Shown here in pieces: positions 20,164 through 28,841 of a stretch of DNA of 64,000 nt (the stretch's first letter is position 1; each line of letters starts with the position of its first letter). The position numbers were made by a program, and so were the translations under genes. The stretch is from Vulcanimicrobiota bacterium. Its GTDB lineage: Bacteria > Vulcanimicrobiota > Vulcanimicrobiia > Vulcanimicrobiales > Vulcanimicrobiaceae. The notes below the pieces were generated by a model. The model had not been told where the DNA came from. It saw only the letters and a program-made list of their open reading frames with translations, and did no database searches. Location: positions 1 through 64,000 of the forward strand of contig CAVRQT010000002.1 of the NCBI GenBank assembly GCA_963723515.1. Reading direction: 5' to 3'.

Positions 20164-20919
20164 ATCACTCGACTGCTGGTATCGTTCCTTACGCCGATCG
20201 CACTACTGGCGATCGTTGCTCCTGCCATTGGCGATCAGCGGTACGTTCTCTCAGGCTTCGATCGCTATCGCGTTGGCTCAGGTGATCTCAACACCAACAT
20301 CACCTATGCCGGTAAGGAGACGCTCAGCGTCAACAGCCGAGGGCGCACAAAGCGCTACGCCGCTCGCGCAACGTACACTCGAAGCGCTGAAGGCGGCCGC
20401 ACGCACAGTAGCGCTTCATTTTCCGCAACGCTGCTGCCGAGCGGAGAGCAACGTGACGAATCCAACGGTGATCCGAACTATCTAACCGTTCTCAACCAGC
20501 CGTTCTCGATTCAACTCGATTCGCAGACGCTTGCGGATCTGGCGCATCTGCAGGGCGGCGTGCCGTTTGATTTTCCGTCGCCTGTGACGGGCGGCACGCT
20601 GCGTGGGTTTCTGCGCCGCGGCCCATCGGGACGCGTTGCGGGCCGGCAGGCGCTCGGCGTTTCTTTCGATGCACGAGGCGCGATGCGCGGACCGTTGCCG
20701 GACCATCCAGACATGATTCTCAGCGGAACGATCACGATGCGCGGGATCGCCTACTACGAGTTGAAGACGTCGTTGCTGCTGGCGCTCGATGCGACGCTGA
20801 CGATCCAAGGAAAGCTCGATAATGCGCGGCAGATGACGCCGGTAACGATCGTTTACAAACGCTCGATCACCGCCGAACGTAATGCTTCGGCGATGAACGA
20901 AGCCGCTACACCGCGGTAG
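20164..20919 (+). CDS. Secreted hypothetical beta-rich protein; true start well upstream of the track's 20560 (SD followed by ATC)
   Basis: Frame open from 20128 to 20919; signal-peptide-like ITRLLVSFLTPIALLAIVAPAIG after GGAG-N7-ATC. Confidence 0.6.
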   Translation: MTRLLVSFLTPIALLAIVAPAIGDQRYVLSGFDRYRVGSGDLNTNITYAGKETLSVNSRGRTKRYAARATYTRSAEGGRTHSSASFSATLLPSGEQRDESNGDPNYLTVLNQPFSIQLDSQTLADLAHLQGGVPFDFPSPVTGGTLRGFLRRGPSGRVAGRQALGVSFDARGAMRGPLPDHPDMILSGTITMRGIAYYELKTSLLLALDATLTIQGKLDNARQMTPVTIVYKRSITAERNASAMNEAATPR

Positions 20920-21313
20920 CTTGTCCGACGAGCTCCACTTCGATCGGATGTTTGAAGGGAACCTCGTCCATGTGAATGAGCTCGGTGAACGCCAAATGAT
21001 TCTGATGGCAGTCGATCAATTCTTGAATTCCCCGTTTGACGCTGCCCGTCGCCTCGATGTATTTGTTGAGCTTCTTCGTAAAGTACGAACGCGGATCGCG
21101 TAGCACTTTCGCATAGTACGGGTCGTCGGTCAAACCGGCAGCACTGATTCCGTCTCTAGGAACGAGCCAAACAAACGAAGGATCTTCTCCGCTGCGACAA
21201 CCGATCAGCACTAAGGGTATCGCGCGCGACGATCCAAGCGTCGGCACGAAGCTGCACATCGTGTAAGCATCGAAGATAATCTCGTTCGGTTCGATCGCTG
21301 TTCCCACGTTCAA
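20906..21313 (-). CDS. Hypothetical protein
   Basis: 135-aa ORF with a strong AGGAGG SD before TTG. Confidence 0.65.
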   Translation of the reverse strand: MNVGTAIEPNEIIFDAYTMCSFVPTLGSSRAIPLVLIGCRSGEDPSFVWLVPRDGISAAGLTDDPYYAKVLRDPRSYFTKKLNKYIEATGSVKRGIQELIDCHQNHLAFTELIHMDEVPFKHPIEVELVGQATAV

Positions 21314-21330
21314 GCATCCTCCTAGAAGAC

Positions 21331-21364
21331 AAAAAACCGCTCGGCTTTATGTTGCCGAACGGTT
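21331..21364 (-). terminator. Intrinsic terminator-like hairpin in the 5' leader of the 21313 gene
   Basis: Minus strand AACCGTTCGGC-N8-GCCGAGCGGTT-TTTT just upstream of the SD. Confidence 0.55.
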
Positions 21365-21528
21365 CAAATTCATTTTTCTTTCGCGCCGCTTCCAGGCGTT
21401 GGCGTCATGGCCGCTAATTCGCGGAGCGCTCGATGCGGGACCTGCGGGGCATGTGTGAAACCCTAGGCTCGCACGGCGGTGTTGGGACGCTTATGACCGC
21501 GCTCGCGCCCCTGCAAAGGGAGTATATC

Positions 21529-22152
21529 GTGCCTTCTTCGGTGCATCGGCCGGCGCGTAAGCGAGCGCCAAAGCCGGTGCCGAGCACACAGAACTTCGAG
21601 TCGATCGTTGCGGAGTACCAGCGGCGCCTCTACGGCTTTGCCCTGCGCATGACCGGCAATCGCGAAGATGCCGAGGAGATCGTCCAGGATGCGTTCGTGC
21701 GCGCGTACCGCGCGCTCGGCAAGATGTCGCCTCAACAACGCGCTGAGCTTCGGCTGCAGCCGTGGCTCTACACGATCACGCTGAATGTAACGCGTAATCG
21801 GTTGCGCTCGAAGAAACCCGCAAGCGTCGCGCTCGATGCGCTGGCTGATCCCGACGCGATCTTGCGTGGATCGCACGAAGGGCCGGCACGCCCTGAATCG
21901 ATCGTTGAGCGAAGCGCTGACATGGCGTTGGTGGAACGTGCGTTGCTCGGCTTGCCCGTGCATCTGCGCGCCGCGGCGACGTTGCGGTTCATCGAAGGCC
22001 GCAGCCATCCCGAAATCGCGGAGATCCTCAACCAGCCGATCGGCACGGTCAAGTCGCACGTCCACCGCGCGGTCAGGATTTTGCGTCGCGTTCTCGGGCC
22101 GCAAATCGGCCGAACCCTCACACAAGGAGCCGCCGTCCATGCGATGTCGTGA
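21529..22152 (+). CDS. ECF sigma-70 factor (alternative start 21493)
   Basis: DAEEIVQDAF, WLYTITLN, EIAEIL..PIGTVKSHVHRA; GGGAG SD before GTG 21529. Confidence 0.92.
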   Translation: MPSSVHRPARKRAPKPVPSTQNFESIVAEYQRRLYGFALRMTGNREDAEEIVQDAFVRAYRALGKMSPQQRAELRLQPWLYTITLNVTRNRLRSKKPASVALDALADPDAILRGSHEGPARPESIVERSADMALVERALLGLPVHLRAAATLRFIEGRSHPEIAEILNQPIGTVKSHVHRAVRILRRVLGPQIGRTLTQGAAVHAMS

Positions 22153-22900
22153 AGTAGAAGCGCTGTGGGATGAGGTCCGCAGCGCGGAAATGCCCTCGTT
22201 GCGCGAAGCCGTCAAGCTGCATCTGCGCAACTGCCCACCTTGCCAAGATCTCTACGAAGAATATGAAGGCGTCGCGTACTGCCTCTCTTGCCTCGAAGTC
22301 CCCGAACCGTCGTGCGATCTGGCGAAGAAAATCGTGGAGCACATCGCCCAAATCCGGCAACGCATGCGCAGCGAACCGCTCTTTCTGACGAGTTTGGGCT
22401 CGCCGCTGGGCCGGCTGCACATCGGCTACAACGGCGTCCGGATCGCTTTCGTCGGACTGGACCGCGGCGAAGCGCTCAAGGCGCTACGGGCTCGCATCCA
22501 AGGCCGTCTCAAACGGGATGTGCTTCTTCAGGAGTATCCTCCGACGTGGGTGCGCCGCATGTTCGCGCGATTCTTCAAGACCTGGCACGTCGATGACGAA
22601 CACGTCGATCTGAGCGACCTCACGCCGTTCGAGCAAGCGGCACTCAAGAAAGCCGCGCAGATTCCGCCCGGCCAAGTTCGCTCGTACACATGGGTGGCTC
22701 GCGAGATCGGCCGTCCGAAGGCCGCGCGCGCCGTCGGTCAGGTCATGGCACGCAATCCGCTGCCGCTCCTCTTCCCCTGCCACCGCGTCGTCGACTCGGC
22801 AGGCCACTTGCATAACTACGGATACGGGCTGGAAATGAAAGCGCGCATTCTCGAGATGGAAGGGTACCGCGGCAGCAGCGGGAACAACGAACGCTTGTAA
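22139..22900 (+). CDS. Zinc-finger anti-sigma (ZAS) domain fused to methylated-DNA-protein-cysteine methyltransferase (Ogt/MGMT)
   Basis: C3-x24-H28xxxC32xxC35 at the N-terminus; IPPGQVRSY, AARAVG, NPLP and PCHRVV at the C-terminus; AAGGAG SD; overlaps the sigma stop. Confidence 0.88.
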   Translation: MRCREVEALWDEVRSAEMPSLREAVKLHLRNCPPCQDLYEEYEGVAYCLSCLEVPEPSCDLAKKIVEHIAQIRQRMRSEPLFLTSLGSPLGRLHIGYNGVRIAFVGLDRGEALKALRARIQGRLKRDVLLQEYPPTWVRRMFARFFKTWHVDDEHVDLSDLTPFEQAALKKAAQIPPGQVRSYTWVAREIGRPKAARAVGQVMARNPLPLLFPCHRVVDSAGHLHNYGYGLEMKARILEMEGYRGSSGNNERL

Positions 22901-23065
22901 TACGTCCGCGGTCCCTCCAGAGTTAGAGACGAGCGGAGGATAACAGCCGGACAAGGGAGGTGATCATCGTAACGAGTGACAGTTGTAAACTATCAAAGAC
23001 TACGATGATTGGGGGTGCGAGCACCTAAAGCTCGCAAAGTCTACCTGAAAAACTCTCTCGTGCCG

Positions 23066-23089
23066 CCCTTCGACAAGCTCAGGGTGACA
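23066..23089. repeat. REP-like short palindromic unit CCCTTCGACAAGCTCAGGGTGACA
   Basis: Resembles a widespread intergenic repeat motif (recognised from memory); single copy here. Confidence 0.45.
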
Positions 23090-23090
23090 C

Positions 23091-23116
23091 AAGCCGGCTG
23101 GTGTCGGCTTTTTTTT
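23091..23116 (+). terminator. Rho-independent terminator
   Basis: AAGCCGGC-TGGT-GTCGGCTT followed by a T run. Confidence 0.85.
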
Positions 23117-23183
23117 GTTATTGCGGCATTCTTTTATTTGCTGTCAAGGGACCAACGCTAAGGCCACCTAAAGTGAGTCGTCC

Positions 23184-24596
23184 TTGAGCGACCCACGAAT
23201 AGCGGCGATCCCGGACGTTCACGGCCACGCTAAGGGCGAGCACAAACCATATGCTGAAGAACGGCCGATCGCGTACTCCGCGCGCATGCTTTTTCTTTGG
23301 TTCTACCATGCTTGCCGGCGCACGGCGCCGCGCTTCTTGATGGTCAGCGACCACAGCAACTATCTGACGTTCGAAGACCCTGCCGCGGTCAACTTGGTCC
23401 GCCGTGCGCTCAAACTGGCTGAAGCCGGCGATCTATACGGTGCCGCTGAAACCGCCGGTGTCGACGTCGCTCACGCCGCCGTCGTCTCTGACGGCCTGCG
23501 CAAAGGCATGCGGTTCTCAATCGGCGCCGAGGTCGACAACGATCCGCGCGCCCGGCCGGACGCGCAGAATATCGTTGATGCGATGCGGCCGGACGCGATC
23601 GTTCGTTCCGTTCACTTCATCACGATCGAGCATCCCGAAAAAGGCCCGGACTTTCAGTGGCCGTTCGACCGGCCGGAATTTGTCTCGCTCTTCGACCACG
23701 TCGGCACGGATCGCACTTGGCAGCTGTATGTCGAGACGCTCTTTGATGCGCTCGACAAACTGCCGACGCATATTGTCGGACACTTTTACGTTCCCGGAAC
23801 CTTCGGCAAGTGGCCGGCCGTCGCGACGCTCGAGAAGTATGAGAACCAACTGCTCGACCTCTGTGCGCGGCGCGGGCTCGCCGTCGAGATCAACTCACGA
23901 TTCCTGTATCGCGATCATCCTGAAGATCTTAAGAAGAAGTATCTTGATGCCAATCGCCGTTTGATTCGCAAGGCGAAAGCGAAAGGCGTCGGCATCGCGA
24001 TCGGTTCCGATGCGCACAGCCCAAAAGACCTGGGTGCGGGCTTCGGGCAAATTTTGAAGCTTCTGGACGAAGCACGCGTCAACGAGCTGATCTTCCCGCT
24101 TGCAGGGCGTCTGGCGCGCGTTGCTTTGCGCGCCACGAAGGAGCATCTCGAACGGCGCGCCGCGGTGTCGGTTGCGCCGCAGGTCGGCAGCAGCATCACA
24201 GGATTCGGGCGTGCGGAGCTGGCCGAACTGCAAATCAAAACTCCGCGCCGCGGCGGCCCGCGTCGAGCAACCGCTCCGGCACGCCGTGCGAAAGCTACCT
24301 CCAAACGCGGCGCTAAGAAGCCGGTACGCAAGGCGAAGGCAGCAGCACGAAAGCCTGCCGGTCGTAAAGCCGCCACAAAGCGGCCGCGTCGCGGCGCGCC
24401 GGTCCGGCGCACACTGAAGAAAGCTAGCCGCAAGAGCACTTCCGCACGCATGAAAAAGTCGAGCCGAAGGCCGGCCGCAAAAAAGAAAGCCGCGCCGAAG
24501 AAGGCGCCGCGCCGCTCGGCGAAAGTCTCTAAAGCGCCCAAACGTTCCACGACCGCTAAGAAAGCGACCAAGAAAAAGAAAGCCCGGCGTCGCTAA
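23184..24596 (+). CDS. PHP-domain phosphoesterase (HisJ/HisPPase-like) with a C-terminal histone H1-like Lys/Arg/Ala/Pro-rich tail
   Basis: DVHGH, SDH, GAEVD, SVH, GH, EINS, GSDAH; last ~120 aa are KKAAPKK-type low complexity. Confidence 0.8.
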   Translation: MSDPRIAAIPDVHGHAKGEHKPYAEERPIAYSARMLFLWFYHACRRTAPRFLMVSDHSNYLTFEDPAAVNLVRRALKLAEAGDLYGAAETAGVDVAHAAVVSDGLRKGMRFSIGAEVDNDPRARPDAQNIVDAMRPDAIVRSVHFITIEHPEKGPDFQWPFDRPEFVSLFDHVGTDRTWQLYVETLFDALDKLPTHIVGHFYVPGTFGKWPAVATLEKYENQLLDLCARRGLAVEINSRFLYRDHPEDLKKKYLDANRRLIRKAKAKGVGIAIGSDAHSPKDLGAGFGQILKLLDEARVNELIFPLAGRLARVALRATKEHLERRAAVSVAPQVGSSITGFGRAELAELQIKTPRRGGPRRATAPARRAKATSKRGAKKPVRKAKAAARKPAGRKAATKRPRRGAPVRRTLKKASRKSTSARMKKSSRRPAAKKKAAPKKAPRRSAKVSKAPKRSTTAKKATKKKKARRR

Positions 24597-24621
24597 GACC
24601 GACCGCCCTTAGGAGAGTTCA

Positions 24622-26661
24622 ATGTCTGATATCTCGCGCGTGAGAAACATCGCTTTTGCCGGCTCCCATCACGGCGGGAAGACGACGCTGATCGAGTCCA
24701 TCCTCGCGCACTGCGGCGCCGTCGGCCGCAAAGGTTCGGTCATCGAAGGGACGACCGTGACGGACCACGAGCCGGAATGCATCGCGCATGCGCAATCGAC
24801 GGCGGTCAGCCTCGCGCATGCGGATTGCGGTGATGTGGACATCACGATGGTCGATTGCCCCGGGTTCATCGATTTCTTCGAGGAAGCAAAGATGGCGATC
24901 GCCGGTGTTGATGCGGTCGTCATCGTCGTCGAAGCGGATCCATCACGTATCGCGCAAACGCAGGCGCTCGTCGAATTCATCGAATCACGCAAGTTACCGC
25001 ATCTTTTCCTAATCAACAAACTGGACCGGCCGGGTTCGGATTTCACGGGGACGCTGGCCACATTGCAGTCCGCTTACGGCCGCCATGTCGTCGCCGAGCA
25101 ACTTCCAATTGGGACGGCGGAGAATTTCACCGGCTACATCGATCTCGCAAAACGCGCGGCCTACGCCTACGACGGCTCATCGCAAAAGGAGATACCTGTC
25201 CCCGAATCGCTCCTTGACGAAGCCACGAACGCGCGCAATCAATTGCTCGAGGCCCTAAGTGACTTCGACGACCATCTGATGGAAGAGTTGCTCGAAGGCG
25301 TTGAGCCGCCGCTCGACGAGATCGAAAAAGATCTGTGCGCGGAGTGCGCGCACGATCAGATCGTTCCGGTGCTCGTCGCCGCGAGTCTTCCGGGATTCGG
25401 AACCGCGGCGCTCATCTCCGCGATTGAGAAATGGTTTCCATCCCCGCAAGAAGCGGCACAAGTCGATGCCGAGGGCCGGCCGATCGAAGCAAAGAGCGAT
25501 GGACCGGTCATCGCGCATGTCATCAAAACCGTGATCCATCCACAGTCAGGCAAACTCTCCATCGTCCGCGTTTTGACCGGCACATTGCGCGCCGACGCAA
25601 CGCTCACGAACATATCGAAGAGTAGCGAAAAAGTGCGCTCCGGCGGCCTCTACCGATTGCAAGGCAAGAAACAGGAAGCGATCACGCAAGCGGGACCTGG
25701 CAGTATCGTCGCGATCGCACGATTGGACACGGTTGCGACGGGCGATACATTAACGACCGACAACTTCAAGATTCTTCTTCCCCGCGTCGCCCCGAGCGAA
25801 CCGACGTTCGCCGTTGCGATCAAACCGAAAGAGCGCCTCGACGAAGCGAAAATCTCACAGATGCTCGCGCGGATTCTCGACGAAGATCCGTCGCTTCGCT
25901 TAGCCCGCGCGGAGTTTACGAACGAGTTACAGTTGCTCGGCAACGGCGAACAGCATGTGAGCACAGCGGTCGAGCGGCTCGCACGCAAATACAACGTCGC
26001 AGTCGAGATGCATCCGCCGGCGATTCCCTATCAGGAAACGATCACCGGCGATACCGAAGTGCACGCGCGCTATAAACATCAAACGGGCGGTCACGGGCAG
26101 TTCGGGGACGTGTGGCTTCGGATCACGGCGCGAGATCGAGGCCACGGCGTCACGTTCGAAGAGAAGATTGTCGGTGGCGTCGTGCCCCGTCAATTCTTTC
26201 CGGCGGTCGAAAAAGGCGTTAGAGAGGCGCTGCAGCATGGCCCCACAAGCGGCTACCCCGTCACCGATTTGCACGTCGTCCTCTTCGATGGTTCTTACCA
26301 TAGCGTCGATTCGAGCGAACAATCATTTAAGACGGCAGCGTCAATGGCAATGCGTGAAGGGCTTCCCAAATGCAATCCGGTCGTGCTGGAACCGATCGTC
26401 CGCGTGCAGACGACCGTGCCGTCAAACTATACATCCGCAGTCATTGGGCTGCTCACCGGAAAGCGCGGTCAGATTCTGGGCATGAATCCGGCGGAGAAAT
26501 CCGGTTTTGACGTCGTTGAAGCCGATGTGCCGCAAGTCGAACTGTCCCGCTACATCACCGAATTGCGCACCGCGACGCAGGGGCTTGGAAGCTTTGCGTG
26601 GCGGCACGAACGTTTCGATGCCGTGCCTTCGAAGTGGGTCGCACCCAAGGCAGCGGTATAG
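24622..26661 (+). CDS. Elongation factor G-like protein (EF-G2 paralog)
   Basis: GSHHGGKTT, DCPGFIDF, NKLD, HQTGGHGQFG, DGSYHSVDSS; divergent G1/switch I relative to canonical FusA. Confidence 0.9.
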   Translation: MSDISRVRNIAFAGSHHGGKTTLIESILAHCGAVGRKGSVIEGTTVTDHEPECIAHAQSTAVSLAHADCGDVDITMVDCPGFIDFFEEAKMAIAGVDAVVIVVEADPSRIAQTQALVEFIESRKLPHLFLINKLDRPGSDFTGTLATLQSAYGRHVVAEQLPIGTAENFTGYIDLAKRAAYAYDGSSQKEIPVPESLLDEATNARNQLLEALSDFDDHLMEELLEGVEPPLDEIEKDLCAECAHDQIVPVLVAASLPGFGTAALISAIEKWFPSPQEAAQVDAEGRPIEAKSDGPVIAHVIKTVIHPQSGKLSIVRVLTGTLRADATLTNISKSSEKVRSGGLYRLQGKKQEAITQAGPGSIVAIARLDTVATGDTLTTDNFKILLPRVAPSEPTFAVAIKPKERLDEAKISQMLARILDEDPSLRLARAEFTNELQLLGNGEQHVSTAVERLARKYNVAVEMHPPAIPYQETITGDTEVHARYKHQTGGHGQFGDVWLRITARDRGHGVTFEEKIVGGVVPRQFFPAVEKGVREALQHGPTSGYPVTDLHVVLFDGSYHSVDSSEQSFKTAASMAMREGLPKCNPVVLEPIVRVQTTVPSNYTSAVIGLLTGKRGQILGMNPAEKSGFDVVEADVPQVELSRYITELRTATQGLGSFAWRHERFDAVPSKWVAPKAAV

Positions 26662-26663
26662 CG

Positions 26664-28289
26664 ATGAAGCACGTTCTGGCGACGGTCATCCTCATGCTAT
26701 CGATTGCCGGTTGCACAAAAGTCGGCACGCAGCAAGCCGGCGTCCACAATCCGGGCACGATTCCGGGCGAGGTTCGAATTGCAATTCAAAGCGAGCCCAT
26801 CAACCTCAATCCAATTCTTGCCTCGAACACGACGGACGGGATGGTGGACGCGCTGATCTTCGACTTTCTCGTCACTGCGGATCCCCATGGCAACCCGCTG
26901 CCCGATCTTGCTAACCCAGTGCCGACGCTCGAGAACGGCGGCATCAGCAAAGACGGCCTGACGATCACGTACCACCTGCGCAAAAACGTCAAATGGAGCG
27001 ACGGCATTCCATTCACGAGCAAGGACGTCAAATTTTCGTGGCAAGCGGTCGTGAATCCGCAAAATAACACGACGTCCCGACGCGGCTACGATCTCGTGCG
27101 AAGCGTCGACACGCCCGACCCCTACACCGTTGTCTTTCACATGAAGCAACGGTTTGCGCCGATCGTCAACACGCTCTTTGCGGAAAGCGACAACCCGATT
27201 TGGGTCGTTCCCGCACATATCCTCGGCCAGTATCCGAACATCAACCGGGTCCCGTTCAATAATCAGCCGATCGGAACCGGGCCGTTCAAGCTCGCTGAGT
27301 GGGTTAAGGGCGACCACATCACCGTTGTGCGCAACGATAACTACTTCATGGGCCGGCCGAAGCTCGACAAGATCGTCATCCACGTCATTCCGGACGAAAA
27401 CACGACGATTAACGAGCTCAAGACGCACGACATCGACTGGATGTTCCAAGCGTCTCCCGACACGTGCAAAGAAACGAAGAACCTGCCGGGCGTGAACGTC
27501 TTCTACAACGATGTTGACGGCTACGAGAGCGTTCTGCTCAACTTAAAGCATCCGCCGCTCGACGATCCGCTCGTTCGTAAAGCGATTGCGTACGCGATCA
27601 ATAAGAAAGAGCTCGTCGATACGCTAACGTGCGGCACGCAAAAGATCGCAACCGAAGATCATCCCGACTTCATGTGGGCGCACAACCCAAAGGTTACGGT
27701 GTACGACTACGATCCGCAAAAGGCGAAGCAACTGCTGCAGCAAGCGGGGTATGCACCGGGTCCAAACGGCATGATGCAAAAGAACGGGCACGGCATCTCG
27801 CTGCTCGGCGTAACGAATACAACGAACGTGACTCGACGGCAGCTCTCCGTTTTGGTTCAGTCGCAGCTGCGCAGCGTCGGTATCGACATGGCGATCAAGA
27901 ACTACCCCGGCGCGCAGCTCTTCGCACCCGCCGGTGAAGGCGGCATCCTGCAGCTCGGCAGGTTCGATTTGAGTTTCTCCGGCTGGTATGCCGGAGTTGA
28001 CCCGGACGATTCATCGCAGTTCATCTGCGCGATGATGCCACCCGGCGGCTACAACTACACGCGGTACTGCAAACCGGCAATGGAAGTGGCGCAGCAAGAT
28101 GCGCTGACGCACTTCGACCGTCCGGCGCGTCAAGCGGCGTACTACAAAATCGAGGGGCTGCTCGCCGATGACGTTCCGCAGATTTTCTTCTGGTGGGTGC
28201 ACGCCGCGCAACCGATCAATACCGATCTCAAAGGATTCGATCCGAACCCTGCAACGGAAAGCTGGAACGCGTATCAGTGGAGTATCTAG
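26664..28289 (+). CDS. Peptide/nickel ABC transporter substrate-binding lipoprotein (family 5)
   Basis: Lipobox IAGC; LRKNVKWSDG, GTGPF, VRKAIAYAIN. Confidence 0.9.
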   Translation: MKHVLATVILMLSIAGCTKVGTQQAGVHNPGTIPGEVRIAIQSEPINLNPILASNTTDGMVDALIFDFLVTADPHGNPLPDLANPVPTLENGGISKDGLTITYHLRKNVKWSDGIPFTSKDVKFSWQAVVNPQNNTTSRRGYDLVRSVDTPDPYTVVFHMKQRFAPIVNTLFAESDNPIWVVPAHILGQYPNINRVPFNNQPIGTGPFKLAEWVKGDHITVVRNDNYFMGRPKLDKIVIHVIPDENTTINELKTHDIDWMFQASPDTCKETKNLPGVNVFYNDVDGYESVLLNLKHPPLDDPLVRKAIAYAINKKELVDTLTCGTQKIATEDHPDFMWAHNPKVTVYDYDPQKAKQLLQQAGYAPGPNGMMQKNGHGISLLGVTNTTNVTRRQLSVLVQSQLRSVGIDMAIKNYPGAQLFAPAGEGGILQLGRFDLSFSGWYAGVDPDDSSQFICAMMPPGGYNYTRYCKPAMEVAQQDALTHFDRPARQAAYYKIEGLLADDVPQIFFWWVHAAQPINTDLKGFDPNPATESWNAYQWSI

Positions 28290-28822
28290 ACTCCAACTCC
28301 TTACGCCCCGCTGAATTGAACTGGCTTCGCAAGACGATCGTCGAACGCGCGGTAACGCGCGGCGATTACGTCCTCTCCGGGGGCGCGCGCAGCGATTACT
28401 ACATCGACAAGTTTCGGCTGTTCTCGGATCCTCGAATTTTGCGGCGCATCGCGCGGATGTTTACGCCGATCGTGGCGCAGTCGGCTCCCGACCTCATCGG
28501 AGGCACGGAGCTAGGGGGCGTCATCATTGCAACCGCCGTCTCTCAACTAGCGGACTTGCCGATGCTGGTCGTACGAAAGGTGCCCAAGTCCTACGGCGCG
28601 TTTCCGGATGAGTACGTTGAAGGCGCCTACGAGCCGGGCCAGCGCGTTCTGCTCTTGGAAGATGTCGTCACGAGCGGCCGTGAAGTGCTGGCGGCGAAGG
28701 CCCGTTTGGAAGAACTGAACCTGCGAGTGACCGTGTGCGCCGTTGTGAGCCGCGGATTAGCGCCCGTGCGATCGCTGATCCAATTCTCTTTGCCGCGTGG
28801 CGAGGCGAAAACCGAAAACTAA
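28277..28822 (+). CDS. pyrE: Orotate phosphoribosyltransferase-like protein
   Basis: GDYVLSGGARSDYYIDK, RK..KSYG, LLEDVVTSG; shortened C-terminus. Confidence 0.7.
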   Translation: MEYLDSNSLRPAELNWLRKTIVERAVTRGDYVLSGGARSDYYIDKFRLFSDPRILRRIARMFTPIVAQSAPDLIGGTELGGVIIATAVSQLADLPMLVVRKVPKSYGAFPDEYVEGAYEPGQRVLLLEDVVTSGREVLAAKARLEELNLRVTVCAVVSRGLAPVRSLIQFSLPRGEAKTEN

Positions 28823-28841
28823 ATCCACTACCGAGGCGGTT

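Noticed and set aside
21430..21470. Minus-strand CTAGGGTTTC resembling the ykkC/guanidine-I riboswitch
   Set aside because: Downstream conserved ykkC elements are absent; the same bases read better as an ECF-type -35 (TGAAAC) on the plus strand
23011..23060. GGGGGTG... as the 5' end of tmRNA or a tRNA
   Set aside because: No D-loop/TTCGA arrangement or CCA acceptor end, and too short before the terminator
23915..24571. Hydrophobic 218-aa minus-strand ORF
   Set aside because: It is the antisense reading of the Lys/Ala-rich tail codons
24622..26661. Canonical fusA or a TetM-like ribosomal protection protein
   Set aside because: G1 is GSHHGGKTT rather than AHIDAGKTT, there is no RGITI, and it is not in the str operon; fits an EF-G2 paralog
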